Below the pieces are notes generated by a model that had not been told where the DNA came from, did no database searches, and saw nothing but the letters and a program-made list of their open reading frames with translations. Positions 19,025 through 29,700 of a DNA stretch of 64,000 bases are shown one piece after another. Within the stretch, counting starts at the first letter, position 1. Each line of letters begins with the position of its first letter. Source of the DNA: an uncultured delta proteobacterium. Its GTDB lineage: Bacteria; Desulfobacterota; Binatia; Binatales; Binataceae. The stretch covers positions 128,001 through 192,000 of the forward strand of contig CAVRVY010000001.1 of NCBI GenBank assembly GCA_963724765.1, given 5' to 3'. Made by a program: the position numbers and the translations under genes.

Positions 19025-22000
19025 ATGGCCGGGAATTCCACCAATGGCGACTTTCGGAGCTTTGCCGATCGGAACGAGCGTGTCGAACAGCGCCATTCAG
19101 ATTCGCCCCCGGCTGAAGTCATCGCGGCCTGGATGGTCTCGCGGCTTTCAGTTCTGCTCGGCATCGAGTCTCACGAGATAGACGTTCGGGAGCCCTTCGC
19201 CAGCTATGGCCTGGGATCAACGGAGTTGGTGAGCCTCTCTGGTGAGCTCGCAGAGTGGCTCGGACGGCAACTTTCTCCTGAACTGGCATATGAGTATTCC
19301 ACCATCGACACTCTCGCGCGGCACCTGGCGCAGCCGCCGGAACTGTCGCGGTCAGCGATGCGGTCGGCCGCGCACTCGGCCGCGAAGACTGGCCAGGATC
19401 CTTTAGCGCAACCCGAACCGATCGCAATCATCGGCATCGGCTGCCGATTTCCCGGCGCCAAGGACCCGTTGGCTTTCTGGCAATTGCTGCACGATGGGGT
19501 CGATGCCATCACGGAAGTTCCCGCCGAGCGCTTCAACCTCCGCGCCTTTTACGATCCAGATCCGGCGGCCCCGGGCAAGATGAGCACCCGCTGGGGCGGC
19601 TTCCTTGAGCAGGTGGACCAATTCGATCCGCATTTCTTCGGCATCTCGCCGCGGGAAGCTTCGCGCATGGATCCCCAGCAACGCCTGTTGCTCGAGGTGG
19701 CTTGGGAAGCGCTGGAAGATGCTGGACAGGTGCGGGAGCGTCTGGCCGGCACTCAGACCGGCGTGTTCATCGGCATATCGAACAACGATTACGGCCGGAT
19801 TCAGTTCAGCGATCCTTATAGCATCGATGCCTACGCGGGCACCGGCAATGCCCTGAGCATCGCGGCCAACCGGCTCTCCTACCTGTTCGATTTCCGCGGG
19901 CCGAGCATCGCGGTTGATACCGCCTGTTCCTCGTCGCTCGTGGCGGTGCACCTGGCCTGCCGCAGCCTCTGGAGCGGAGAGTCCACTGTGGCACTGGCCG
20001 GAGGCGTGAACCTGATCCTGTCGCCGGCGATTAGCATCAATTTTACCAAAGCCGGCGTGATGGCTCCGGACGGGCGCTGCAAGGCTTTCGATGCGCGAGC
20101 CAACGGCTACGTTCGCAGTGAGGGCGCCGGTCTTGTCGTTCTGAAACCCCTGTCGAGGGCCTTGGCCGAAGCTGATCCGATTTACGCGCTGATTCGCGGC
20201 AGCGCGGTGAATCAGGACGGACGGAGCAACGGGCTGATGGCGCCCAATCCGCTGGCTCAGGAGGCCGTCCTGCGCGAAGCCTACCGGCGAGCCGGGGTTT
20301 CGCCCGGCCGCGTGCAATACGTCGAGGCGCACGGCACCGGCACATTTTTGGGCGACCCGATCGAGGCGAAAGCGCTGGGCACGGTGCTCGCCGTCGGCCG
20401 TCCGCGCGCACGCCCATGCGCCTTGGGCTCGGTCAAAACCAATATCGGCCATCTCGAGGCCGCGGCTGGTATTGCCGGCTTGATCAAGGTGGCCCTGACG
20501 CTTAAGCATCGGGAGATCCTGCCGAGCCTGCACTTTCAGGAGCCCAACCCCCATATTCCTTTTGAGACGCTCCCGCTGCGGGTGCAGACGAAACCGGGTC
20601 CGTGGCCCGCGGAGCCGGGTCCGGCGCTGGCCGGGGTGACCTCGTTGGGGTTTGGCGGAACCAATGCTCACGTGGTTCTGCAAGAGGCGCCGCCGTCCAA
20701 CCTCGGAATGCGTAATGGGGACCGCACGGCGGAAAATCCGCGAGGGGAAATCCGCAATAGCAAGTCCGCACACTTACTACCGCTTTCGGCCCGAAGTCCG
20801 GAAGCCCTTCAATCTCTGGCGCGCGCATATCAGGAGTTTCTGGCTGGCGCGGAGTCCAACGCGTCGCTGCGCGACATCTGTTACACGGCCAGCGTGCGCC
20901 GCAGTCATCACGACTATCGCCTCGCGGTGAGGGGCAACTCGCCGGAGCAACTCACCGCGGGCCTGGAGGCCTTCTTGCGCGGCGAGGCTCATTCCGGCCT
21001 GTCCTCCGGTCGCAGCGTTTCAAGTCGCCAGCGAAAACTGGTCTTCGTGTTTCCCGGCCAAGGGTCCCAATGGTGGGGTATGGGACGAGCGCTGCTCACG
21101 CAGGAGGCAGTCTTCCGTGAAGTCGTGAAACGCTGCGACCGGGCGATGCGACGGTACTGCGATTGGTCTTTGCTCGCCGAACTCAGCGCCATCGACGCGT
21201 CGCGGTCGCGGTTGAACGAAATCGACATCGTCCAGCCGGCTCTTTTCGCGATTCAGGTGGCGCTGGCAGCCTTGTGGCGCTCCTGGGGTATCGAGCCACA
21301 GGCCGTCGTGGGCCACAGCATGGGAGAGGTCGCGGCGGCCTGCGTCGCCGGTGCGTTGACTCTGGAAGATGCAACCCGGGTCATTTGCCGGCGCAGCCGT
21401 TTGATTAAGCCCACCATCGGGCGGGGCGCGATGGCCGCGGTGGAGCTTTCGATCGAGGAAGCCCGGCGCGCGCTGGCCGGCTACGAAGATCGCGTATCCA
21501 TCGCTGCCAGCAACAGTCCGACCTCCACGGTGCTGTCAGGAGATCCGGCGGCGCTCAAAGCGATCCTTGATCAATTGCAACGCCAGGACATCTTCTGCGG
21601 CCTGGTCAAGGTCGATTTCGCCTCTCACAGCCACCAGATGGATCCCTTGCGCGCCGATTTGTTGCGGGCCCTGGAAGGGCTGAAGCCTCGGGCCGGATCG
21701 CTGCCCATCTATTCGACCGTGACAGGCATGGTCAGCAATGGAAGCGAGTTCGAGGCGCTCCATTGGGTCAGGAACCTGCGCGAGCCCGTGCTCTTTTCAA
21801 CCGCAGTGCAGCAACTACTGGAAAACGGACATGACACTTTCCTGGAGGTCAGTCCGCATCCCATTTTGCTTAGCGCCATCCAGCAAGGGATTCATCATTT
21901 CGGCCAGGAGGGCGCCGCCGTGCTCCCTTCCCTGCGGCGCGGGGAACAGGAACACGCGGTGATGATGGGATCGCTGGGCGCGTTATATGCGCTCGGTTCT

Positions 22001-25000
22001 CCGATCGACTGGGGCCGGATTTATCCGCCCGGGAGCCAGTGCGTTCGCCTCCCGTTTTATCCGTGGCAACGGGAGCGTTGCTGGCTCGAGACTCCGGCAG
22101 AAGGCCTCGACTCTCTATTGGAGCAAATCCCTCGGGCCGAGAGCGGCAAGCATCCTCTTCTGGGCCGGCATTTAAAATCGGCGCAGCCTGCGGAAACCCA
22201 CTTCTGGGAAGTCATCCTGGACAAGCGAACGCTGCCTTATCTGGACGAGCATCGCATCGAGGGGGTCGCACTGCTGCCCGCCTCGCTCTACCTGGAGATG
22301 GCTCTGTCCGCCGCGCATGAAGCCTTCGCGAAACAGCCATTTGTCTTGGAGAATATTGAATTTCGCAAGGCACTTTTCCTGCCTGAGGCTGGAACCCGCA
22401 CGATTCAGGTGATCCTTTCTCCCGATGCGGATGCGGCCGCATCAGTTCATATCTACAGCCGTCCGACAGACGCGGAGCGGTCCAGTAACTCATGGATACT
22501 GCATGCGAGTGCGAAGGTCTGTCCGCAGCACGATGGTGGCGTCTCGCCAGTTCTCGGGCGGGATGTGCTTGCGGAGATCCAGGCTCGATGCTCCGAGAGG
22601 GTCTCCGGCCAGGACTACTACTCGCGGCTGGGCGAAAGCGGTATCCAATATGGCCCTTTTTTCCAGAGCATCTCACAGTTGTGGCGATACAACGGGGATA
22701 TGCTGGGTGAAGTGCGGGTTCCCGACGGCTCCGATACGCAGTTCGACGCCTATCAATTCCATCCGGCGATACTGGACGCCTGCTTGCAGACTGTCGGCGC
22801 TGGAGTAGCTACTCAAGCGCTAGCAACCGGCAAACAGAGTATCTACATACCTACCCATATCGACCAGGTCCGGATCTACGACCGCCCGGGCCCGCATCTG
22901 TGGAGTCACGCCCAGCTGCAAGAGCACGAGGCTGATACAATCATGGGAGGCGTGCGGCTGCTGGACGAAGCGGGGCAGGTGGCGGTCGAGATTGTGGGAC
23001 TACGCTTCGATCAGCTCGGGCACGACGCACGGCCTGCGCTCGAGCAGAATCCGGACGATTGGCTTTACGAGTTCCAGTGGCAGTCCCACGATCGTCTGGC
23101 GAAGGATCGTCCGGACAACGAGCATCTGGCCAATGAGCGTTCAGAGGGACAAAGAGTCTCGCAGCCGTCCGCGCCAGCGAGCCCGGGGCGCTGGCTGATC
23201 TTTGCCGACAATAGTGGCGTGGGAGAAGCGTTGGCGGCACGGTTAAAAGGCGAGGGCGCACAGAGCGTCCTGGTTTCGCGCGGAGAATCCTACGAGCGCA
23301 CGGACCCTGAGCATTTTCGCATCCGCCCCGAACAGCCGGAGGACTTCCGAAGGCTTTTCGCCGCGGCGCTGTCATCCAATCAGTCCGCCTGCCGCGGGAT
23401 GATCCATCTCTGGAGTCTTGACGCTCCTCTGCCAGAGAAGACCGACGTCGCCTCGCTGAAGACGGCACAGACTTTTGGCTGCGGCAGTGCCCTGCCGTTG
23501 GTCCAGGAACTGGTCGAAGTCCAATCGCGCGAACTACCTCGTTTGTGGCTGGTCACGCGGGGCGCTCAGGCGGCAGGGGAAGAGTCCTCACCCTTGGGCG
23601 TAGCTCAGGCGCCGCTTTGGGGATTGGGCCGCGTCATCGCCCAGGAGCATCCGACGCTCTGGGGAGGACTCATAGATCTGGAAAGACCGGTGGATCCGGA
23701 ATTCGAGGTCTCGCAGGGCGATGCCGCCGCTAATCAATTGTGCGAGGAAATCACCACTCCAGATGGAGAGGATCAGGTTGCGTTCCGTCATGGCCGGCGA
23801 TACGTGGCCCGTTTAGTGCCCCGGCCCCGATCTGCGACACAGGGGCCTCCCCTTAGATGGCAGCCTGATGGCACTTACCTGATCACCGGAGGACTGGGGG
23901 ACCTGGGCCTCGTGGTCGCCCGTTGGATGGTAGAGCAGGGCGCTCGGCGGTTGATTCTTTTGGGACGCACGAGGCTCCCTCCCCGCGCCAGTTGGGGTTC
24001 GGTGCAGGCGGGAACCCGCCTGGCTCATCAAATCGCCGTCATCCGTGAGCTGGAAGCGCTGGGAGCGAGCGTGCATCCGGGCTCGGTGGATGTGGCGGAT
24101 GAAGGAGAGTTGCGCGCTTTTCTGGACGAGTTTCGCTCCGAGGGTTGGCCGCCGATCCGGGGCGTAGTGCATGCCGCGGGTGTGCTGCACGACGGACTGC
24201 TGTCGCAGCTTGATGCCGCCGCGCTGGACTCGGTTTTGCGGCCCAAGGTGATGGGTGGCTGGTTGCTGCATCGGTTACTCGAAGATGCTCCCTTGGACTT
24301 CTTCGTACTTTTTTCTTCCGCGGGCTCTCTCCTGGGCCAGCCTGGTCAGGGGAACTATGCTGCGGCCAACGCCTTTCTCGATGCTCTGGCGCATCATCGA
24401 AGGGCCCAGGGCCAGCCGGCACTGACTATCAACTGGGGAGCCTGGGCCGATTTGGGCTTCGCGGATACGGCTGGGGGCAAGCGCCTGGCGGCGCGTCTTG
24501 CGCTGCTGGGAATCAGCAGCATCGCGCCCCAACAAGCGCTGAAAGTGATGGAACGGATGCTCCGGCAAGGCTCGACCCAGGTTGTCGCGGTACCAGTCGA
24601 TTGGCGCCAGTATCGCCACTTTTTTCCAGCGGGCACTGAATCACCGCTACTCTCTCAACTTGCATGCGGGGAACCTGGCATTGCGCTACAAGCGGAGCAT
24701 CAGGGAGAAAAGAAATTCCTGACCCGCGACCTTCTCCTCGCCGCGCAACCAGCGGAGCGTCACCGGCTATTGCGGTCCTACCTGAGTCAGCAAGTGGTTC
24801 GTGTGCTCGGGCTCTCCGCATCCAGGCTGGACGTACATCAACCGCTCAGCAATCTGGGGCTGGACTCCTTGATGGCGGTCGAGCTGAAGAACCGGATTGC
24901 GCTTGACCTGGGCGTGAATGTGCCGATGGTGAAATTTCTGCAGGGACCTAGCGTCGAGCAGGCCGCGGCGCTGCTATCCGAACAACTGACAGCGGTGGTC

Positions 25001-25165
25001 TCCGAGGCGTCCGCGGGGTTTTCTCCGGCAGTTGCGCTACCCCAGGAGGCGCGGCAAAACGGCCACGCCAATGAACATCTGCTGGCAAACCTCGATCAGC
25101 TTTCGGATGAGGAAGTGAATTCATTACTCGCCGACACTCTGGCTGAAGAGGAACGCAGTGAATGA
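19025..25165 (+). CDS. Type I PKS: ACP-KS-AT-DH-KR-ACP
   Basis: YGLGS (ACP); DTACSSS/HGTGT/NIGH (KS); GHSMG + FASH (AT); HRIEGVALLP (DH); GGLGDLG, LHD, YAAAN (KR); LGLDSL (ACP). Confidence 0.95.
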   Translation: MAGNSTNGDFRSFADRNERVEQRHSDSPPAEVIAAWMVSRLSVLLGIESHEIDVREPFASYGLGSTELVSLSGELAEWLGRQLSPELAYEYSTIDTLARHLAQPPELSRSAMRSAAHSAAKTGQDPLAQPEPIAIIGIGCRFPGAKDPLAFWQLLHDGVDAITEVPAERFNLRAFYDPDPAAPGKMSTRWGGFLEQVDQFDPHFFGISPREASRMDPQQRLLLEVAWEALEDAGQVRERLAGTQTGVFIGISNNDYGRIQFSDPYSIDAYAGTGNALSIAANRLSYLFDFRGPSIAVDTACSSSLVAVHLACRSLWSGESTVALAGGVNLILSPAISINFTKAGVMAPDGRCKAFDARANGYVRSEGAGLVVLKPLSRALAEADPIYALIRGSAVNQDGRSNGLMAPNPLAQEAVLREAYRRAGVSPGRVQYVEAHGTGTFLGDPIEAKALGTVLAVGRPRARPCALGSVKTNIGHLEAAAGIAGLIKVALTLKHREILPSLHFQEPNPHIPFETLPLRVQTKPGPWPAEPGPALAGVTSLGFGGTNAHVVLQEAPPSNLGMRNGDRTAENPRGEIRNSKSAHLLPLSARSPEALQSLARAYQEFLAGAESNASLRDICYTASVRRSHHDYRLAVRGNSPEQLTAGLEAFLRGEAHSGLSSGRSVSSRQRKLVFVFPGQGSQWWGMGRALLTQEAVFREVVKRCDRAMRRYCDWSLLAELSAIDASRSRLNEIDIVQPALFAIQVALAALWRSWGIEPQAVVGHSMGEVAAACVAGALTLEDATRVICRRSRLIKPTIGRGAMAAVELSIEEARRALAGYEDRVSIAASNSPTSTVLSGDPAALKAILDQLQRQDIFCGLVKVDFASHSHQMDPLRADLLRALEGLKPRAGSLPIYSTVTGMVSNGSEFEALHWVRNLREPVLFSTAVQQLLENGHDTFLEVSPHPILLSAIQQGIHHFGQEGAAVLPSLRRGEQEHAVMMGSLGALYALGSPIDWGRIYPPGSQCVRLPFYPWQRERCWLETPAEGLDSLLEQIPRAESGKHPLLGRHLKSAQPAETHFWEVILDKRTLPYLDEHRIEGVALLPASLYLEMALSAAHEAFAKQPFVLENIEFRKALFLPEAGTRTIQVILSPDADAAASVHIYSRPTDAERSSNSWILHASAKVCPQHDGGVSPVLGRDVLAEIQARCSERVSGQDYYSRLGESGIQYGPFFQSISQLWRYNGDMLGEVRVPDGSDTQFDAYQFHPAILDACLQTVGAGVATQALATGKQSIYIPTHIDQVRIYDRPGPHLWSHAQLQEHEADTIMGGVRLLDEAGQVAVEIVGLRFDQLGHDARPALEQNPDDWLYEFQWQSHDRLAKDRPDNEHLANERSEGQRVSQPSAPASPGRWLIFADNSGVGEALAARLKGEGAQSVLVSRGESYERTDPEHFRIRPEQPEDFRRLFAAALSSNQSACRGMIHLWSLDAPLPEKTDVASLKTAQTFGCGSALPLVQELVEVQSRELPRLWLVTRGAQAAGEESSPLGVAQAPLWGLGRVIAQEHPTLWGGLIDLERPVDPEFEVSQGDAAANQLCEEITTPDGEDQVAFRHGRRYVARLVPRPRSATQGPPLRWQPDGTYLITGGLGDLGLVVARWMVEQGARRLILLGRTRLPPRASWGSVQAGTRLAHQIAVIRELEALGASVHPGSVDVADEGELRAFLDEFRSEGWPPIRGVVHAAGVLHDGLLSQLDAAALDSVLRPKVMGGWLLHRLLEDAPLDFFVLFSSAGSLLGQPGQGNYAAANAFLDALAHHRRAQGQPALTINWGAWADLGFADTAGGKRLAARLALLGISSIAPQQALKVMERMLRQGSTQVVAVPVDWRQYRHFFPAGTESPLLSQLACGEPGIALQAEHQGEKKFLTRDLLLAAQPAERHRLLRSYLSQQVVRVLGLSASRLDVHQPLSNLGLDSLMAVELKNRIALDLGVNVPMVKFLQGPSVEQAAALLSEQLTAVVSEASAGFSPAVALPQEARQNGHANEHLLANLDQLSDEEVNSLLADTLAEEERSE

Positions 25166-26736
25166 GCAGTACTTCCCAGCGAACCGCCGGCCTTTCATCC
25201 GCAGAAAAGCGTGCCCTGCTTGCCCAACTTCTTCGAAAAAAGGCGGGACGTTCAAAATCAGTATATCCATTATCCTATAATCAACAGGGTATATGGTTCC
25301 TCTACCAACTTGCGCCGGAAAGTACGATTTACAATGTCACTTTCGCCGCGCGCGTCTCCTCCGAGCTGGATATCGGCGCCTTGCGCGGCGCGTTTCAGGC
25401 GCTGGTTGATCGCCATCCCTCGCTCCGGACCACCTTTTCGGTTGACGCCGGTAACCCCGTTCAACAAGTCCACGAACATCAAAAGGTCCACTTCGAGGAG
25501 ACAGATGCGGCAGCCTGGAGCGGCGATGAGCTGAAGTCACGCCTGGCCGAGGACGCCTATCGACCTTTCGACCTGGAACGAGGCCCCGTTCTGCGGGTGA
25601 GCCTGTTCACGCGTTCGGCGCTGGAACACGTCCTGTTGCTGGCGGTGCATCACATCGTCATCGATTTCTGGTCGCTGGCGGTGATCCTGAACGAGCTCAG
25701 CGTATTGTATTCCGCGCAAAAGGCTGGCTCGCCGGCGGTTCTGCCTTCGCTCGATTTGCAATACACGGATTACCTTCGTTGGCAAACCGAAATGCTGGGG
25801 GGCCCGCAAGGCGAAAGGCTGTGGAGCTATTGGCGCAAGCAATTGGCTGCACCACTGCCCGTGCTGAACCTCCCTGTCGATCGGCCGCGGCCGCCAATTC
25901 AGACGTATCGCGGCGCCTCTCACGACTTCACCTTGAACGATGAACTAAGCGGACTCCTCAAGACTCTCGCCAGGGCCAACGGCGTGACCTTGTATATGGT
26001 CCTTCTGGCGGCGTTCCAGGTGACGCTTTTCCACCTGACTGGTCAGGAAGACCTTCTGGTGGCTTCTCCCGTGGTCGGCCGCAATCGGGCCGAATTCGAG
26101 GGGATCGTGGGACTGTTCACCAATCCCGTCATGCTGCGGGCGAATCTTTCCGGAAATCCAACTTTCCAGGCGTTTCTTGCCCAGGTGCGCCAAACCGTTC
26201 TGGCCGCGCTCGAGCATCAGGATTATCCGACTCTGCTCCTGGTCCAGCGGCTCCGGCCGCCGAGGGATCTCAGCCGTCCGCCGTTGTCTCAAGTGATGTT
26301 CGTGCTGGATAAATCGCACCGGCTGACGGAGCAGGGGACGCCCGCATTCGTGCTGGGCGAAACCGGGTTGCGGATGAATCCTGGCGGGTTGATGCTGGAA
26401 TCCTTCCCTCTGGAACGCCGGTCGGCCACACTCGACCTCGCAATATTGATAATCGAGACGCCAGGCGCTCTCTCTCTTTCCGTACGCTACAACAGAGATC
26501 TGTTTGAGCCTGCCACCATCTCTCGAATCGCGGGAAATTTTGAAACCCTTCTGCGCCGTGTCGTCATAGAGCCCGAGGCCAGGTTGAGCGCATTAAGCGA
26601 GGCGCTCGCGCGGGCGGACAGACAACAACAGGAAGCGACCCGAAAACAGTGCCGGCAAATTAATTCGCAGAAATTAAAAACCGTCAAGCGCAAAACGCTT
26701 GCTCTGCCGCAACTCCATCGTAATGGCGCCCTATGA
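25162..26736 (+). CDS. Stand-alone NRPS condensation domain
   Basis: LSYNQQGIW, HHIVIDFWS, basic C-terminal tail KLKTVKRK; ATGA overlaps on both sides. Confidence 0.9.
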   Translation: MSSTSQRTAGLSSAEKRALLAQLLRKKAGRSKSVYPLSYNQQGIWFLYQLAPESTIYNVTFAARVSSELDIGALRGAFQALVDRHPSLRTTFSVDAGNPVQQVHEHQKVHFEETDAAAWSGDELKSRLAEDAYRPFDLERGPVLRVSLFTRSALEHVLLLAVHHIVIDFWSLAVILNELSVLYSAQKAGSPAVLPSLDLQYTDYLRWQTEMLGGPQGERLWSYWRKQLAAPLPVLNLPVDRPRPPIQTYRGASHDFTLNDELSGLLKTLARANGVTLYMVLLAAFQVTLFHLTGQEDLLVASPVVGRNRAEFEGIVGLFTNPVMLRANLSGNPTFQAFLAQVRQTVLAALEHQDYPTLLLVQRLRPPRDLSRPPLSQVMFVLDKSHRLTEQGTPAFVLGETGLRMNPGGLMLESFPLERRSATLDLAILIIETPGALSLSVRYNRDLFEPATISRIAGNFETLLRRVVIEPEARLSALSEALARADRQQQEATRKQCRQINSQKLKTVKRKTLALPQLHRNGAL

Positions 26737-29700
26737 GAAGCTCGGAACCCGCGCAACAGAGTGCAGGCGTGTCCGGGAGATTTATCGAAGGGTTTCGACT
26801 TTCGCCTCAGCAGAAGCATCTGTGGTCGTTGCAGCAGGTTGACCAAAGTCCGTCTTATCGTGCTCAATGCGCCATTCTGATTGAAGGAAATGTTGATACC
26901 GGCATTTTGAAAGCAGCCTTGCGCAATGTCTGGGATCGACATGAGATACTCCGCACTGCTTTTCAATGCCTGCCTGGAATAGACGGTCCATTTCAGGTTA
27001 TGACCGACGGCGGCGTACTATCTGTCGATAGCTACAACCTCACCGGTTGGGATTCTCCTCGGCAGGAGGCTCGAATCGCAGCGCTGTGCCAAAAAGCGAA
27101 CGAGACACCTCTTGACTTCGAGCAGGGGCGAATCTCTCAGGTATCCCTGATTACTCTGTCGCCGACCCGGCATACGTTACTTGTCAGTCTGTCGTCACTT
27201 TGCGCGGACAGTATATCGCTCAACAATTTGATGCGGGAAATCTGTGATGCGTATTCGGCCTATCTGCGGCATGAAGAACTTGCCGACCAACCGGCGCAAT
27301 ACGCTGATCTCGCAGAATGGCAAAACGAGCTACTTGAATCGGAAGATACGAAAACAGGGAGAGACTACTGGCGCAGACAGGATTTCGCGGACCTCCCTGC
27401 TTTTAAGCTTCCGTATGAAGGTCAATCTCCGATAAAGCCGGGATTTAGGCCGCTCTTTGTGGCCTCGACGATTGATTCTGGCAGCCTGGCGAAGGTAAGG
27501 ACGCTCACGCGGAAGTACGACGCTTCGGCTTGCGCATTTCTGTTGGCATGCTGGCAGATCCTGCTCTGGCGTCTTGTCGGAGAATCGGACTTTGTCGTGG
27601 GGATGGCCTGCGATGGCCGTGCATATGAGGAGCTCCAGAAGACCCTGGGGCTGTTTTCAAAACACCTGCCGCTTCGTTGTCATCTGGAGGGGAAGCTCCA
27701 GTTCTGTGAAATCCTGCGGCGAGTCGATGAATCGGCCTGCGAAGCGCTGCAATGGCAGGAGTATTTCAGTTGGGAACACGTTGCCGGATCGAATGGAAAT
27801 CTACCAGCGACGCCATTTTGCGCCGCCGGTTTCGAGTTTCGGGAACAAACCGTCAAGTATTCCGCCGCCGACCTGACATTTTCCATTCGCAAGCAACTTG
27901 TCTACGCCGATCGTTTCAAAGTGAAACTGTCCTGTTTTCAGAAGGAAGACCTGGTAGTCGCCCAATTTCACTATGACTCGAGCTTGTTCCGCGCCGAGGA
28001 TATCAAACGTCTGAACGAGCAGTTTCACAAGTTGCTGGAAAGTGCTGTGAGGAACCCGGAAGCCGCCATCAACGAGTTGGAAATTCTAAGCACCGCTCAA
28101 CGACAACAACTGTTGGCAGAGTTCAACGCTACCGAAACCGATTTTCCAGAAGACAAGCTCATCCACCAACTGTTCGAAGAACAAGTCGAGCGCACGCCCG
28201 ACAGCGTCGCCGTGGCCTTTGAGCAGCAGCAGTTGAGCTATGCTCAACTCAATGCTCGCGCCAATCAATTGGCCCATCACCTGCAGGCTCTGGGCGTCAG
28301 CTCGGATGTGCCGGTGGCGATTTGTATGACGCGCTGCCCAGAGATGGTAGTAGGACTTCTTGGAATTCTTAAAGCCGGAGGCGCGTACCTGCCGTTGGAT
28401 CCGGCCTATCCGAAAGAGCGACTGGCCTTCATGCTGGAGGATGCCCGGGCGCCAGTGCTGCTGACGCAATCGCGTGTCGCGGCAAGTATGCCCGTTCATC
28501 GAGCGCACCTCCTATGCCTGGACTCAGGATGGGAGGCCATCGGACGAGAGAGTAAAGAGAATCCGGTCAGCAGGTCCACGGTCAGGAACCTTGCGTATGT
28601 GATTTACACATCGGGCTCAACTGGAGAGCCCAAGGGAGTGATGGTCGAGCACAGGAGTCTGGTCAACTACCTGTGCTGGCTCGGTGAGGGGCTGCTGGGC
28701 GACGCGCTAAAGCACCTGCCTTTGACTACCAGACTGACTTTCGACATGTGTCTGAAACAATTGTTTCCGCCGCTCCTGCGCGGAGGTGAGGTCTGGATAC
28801 TTTCGGAAGAGATCGCGGTCGAGCCCACAAAGCTGCTTTCGGCCCTTGGTGCGCGGACAGGGGTGGGGCTCAACTGCGTACCTTCCTTATGGAAGGCCAT
28901 GCTACAGGCAATCGACTCCGGGCACGCCATAAATCCGGCTGGAAGCCTCGCGTATCTATTGTTCGGCGGCGAACAACTAAGTCAAGATCTATCCGACAGT
29001 TCCTTGTCCGCGCTGCCCAAGCTCCAGATCTGGAACATATACGGGCCGACCGAGGCCACTGCCAATGCGTGCGCTGCTAAAATAGGTGCCGGAGAGGAGA
29101 TAACCATTGGTCGTCCCATTGCTAATACTCAGATCTATATTTTGGATTCCTTTTTGCGTCCTGTCCCTATCGGCATTCCGGGCGAGTTATATATTGGCGG
29201 AACAGGCGTGGCCCGAGGCTATCTCAACCGGCCGGAGTTGACTGCCGAGAAATTCATTCCACACCCCTTCAGCGCCCGAGCGGGAGCCCGAATGTACAAA
29301 ACCGGGGATCTGGCTCGCTACTTGCCCGACGGGAGGATCGAGTTCCTCGGCCGTACTGACTACCAGGTTAAAATTCGAGGATTCCGGATCGAATTGGGCG
29401 AGCTCGAGGCGGTGCTTGGCGAACACCCGGCCGTGCGCGAGGCTGTCGTCGCGGCTCAGGACGACGCGTCCGGAGAAAAGCGGCTGGTGGCCTATATCGT
29501 CGCTGAGCGAGAGTTCCGCCTTACGGCTAATGACCTGCGCGGCTTTTTGCGCCAGAGGCTGCCCGAGTACATGGTCCCCGCGACCTTTGTGCTGCTGGAT
29601 GCTCTGCCGCTGATGCTCAACGGTAAAGTAGACCGCCGTGCGCTGCCGGCGCTCGACCGAACCAGACCCGAACGGGAGAGCGCTTTCGTTATACCGCGCA

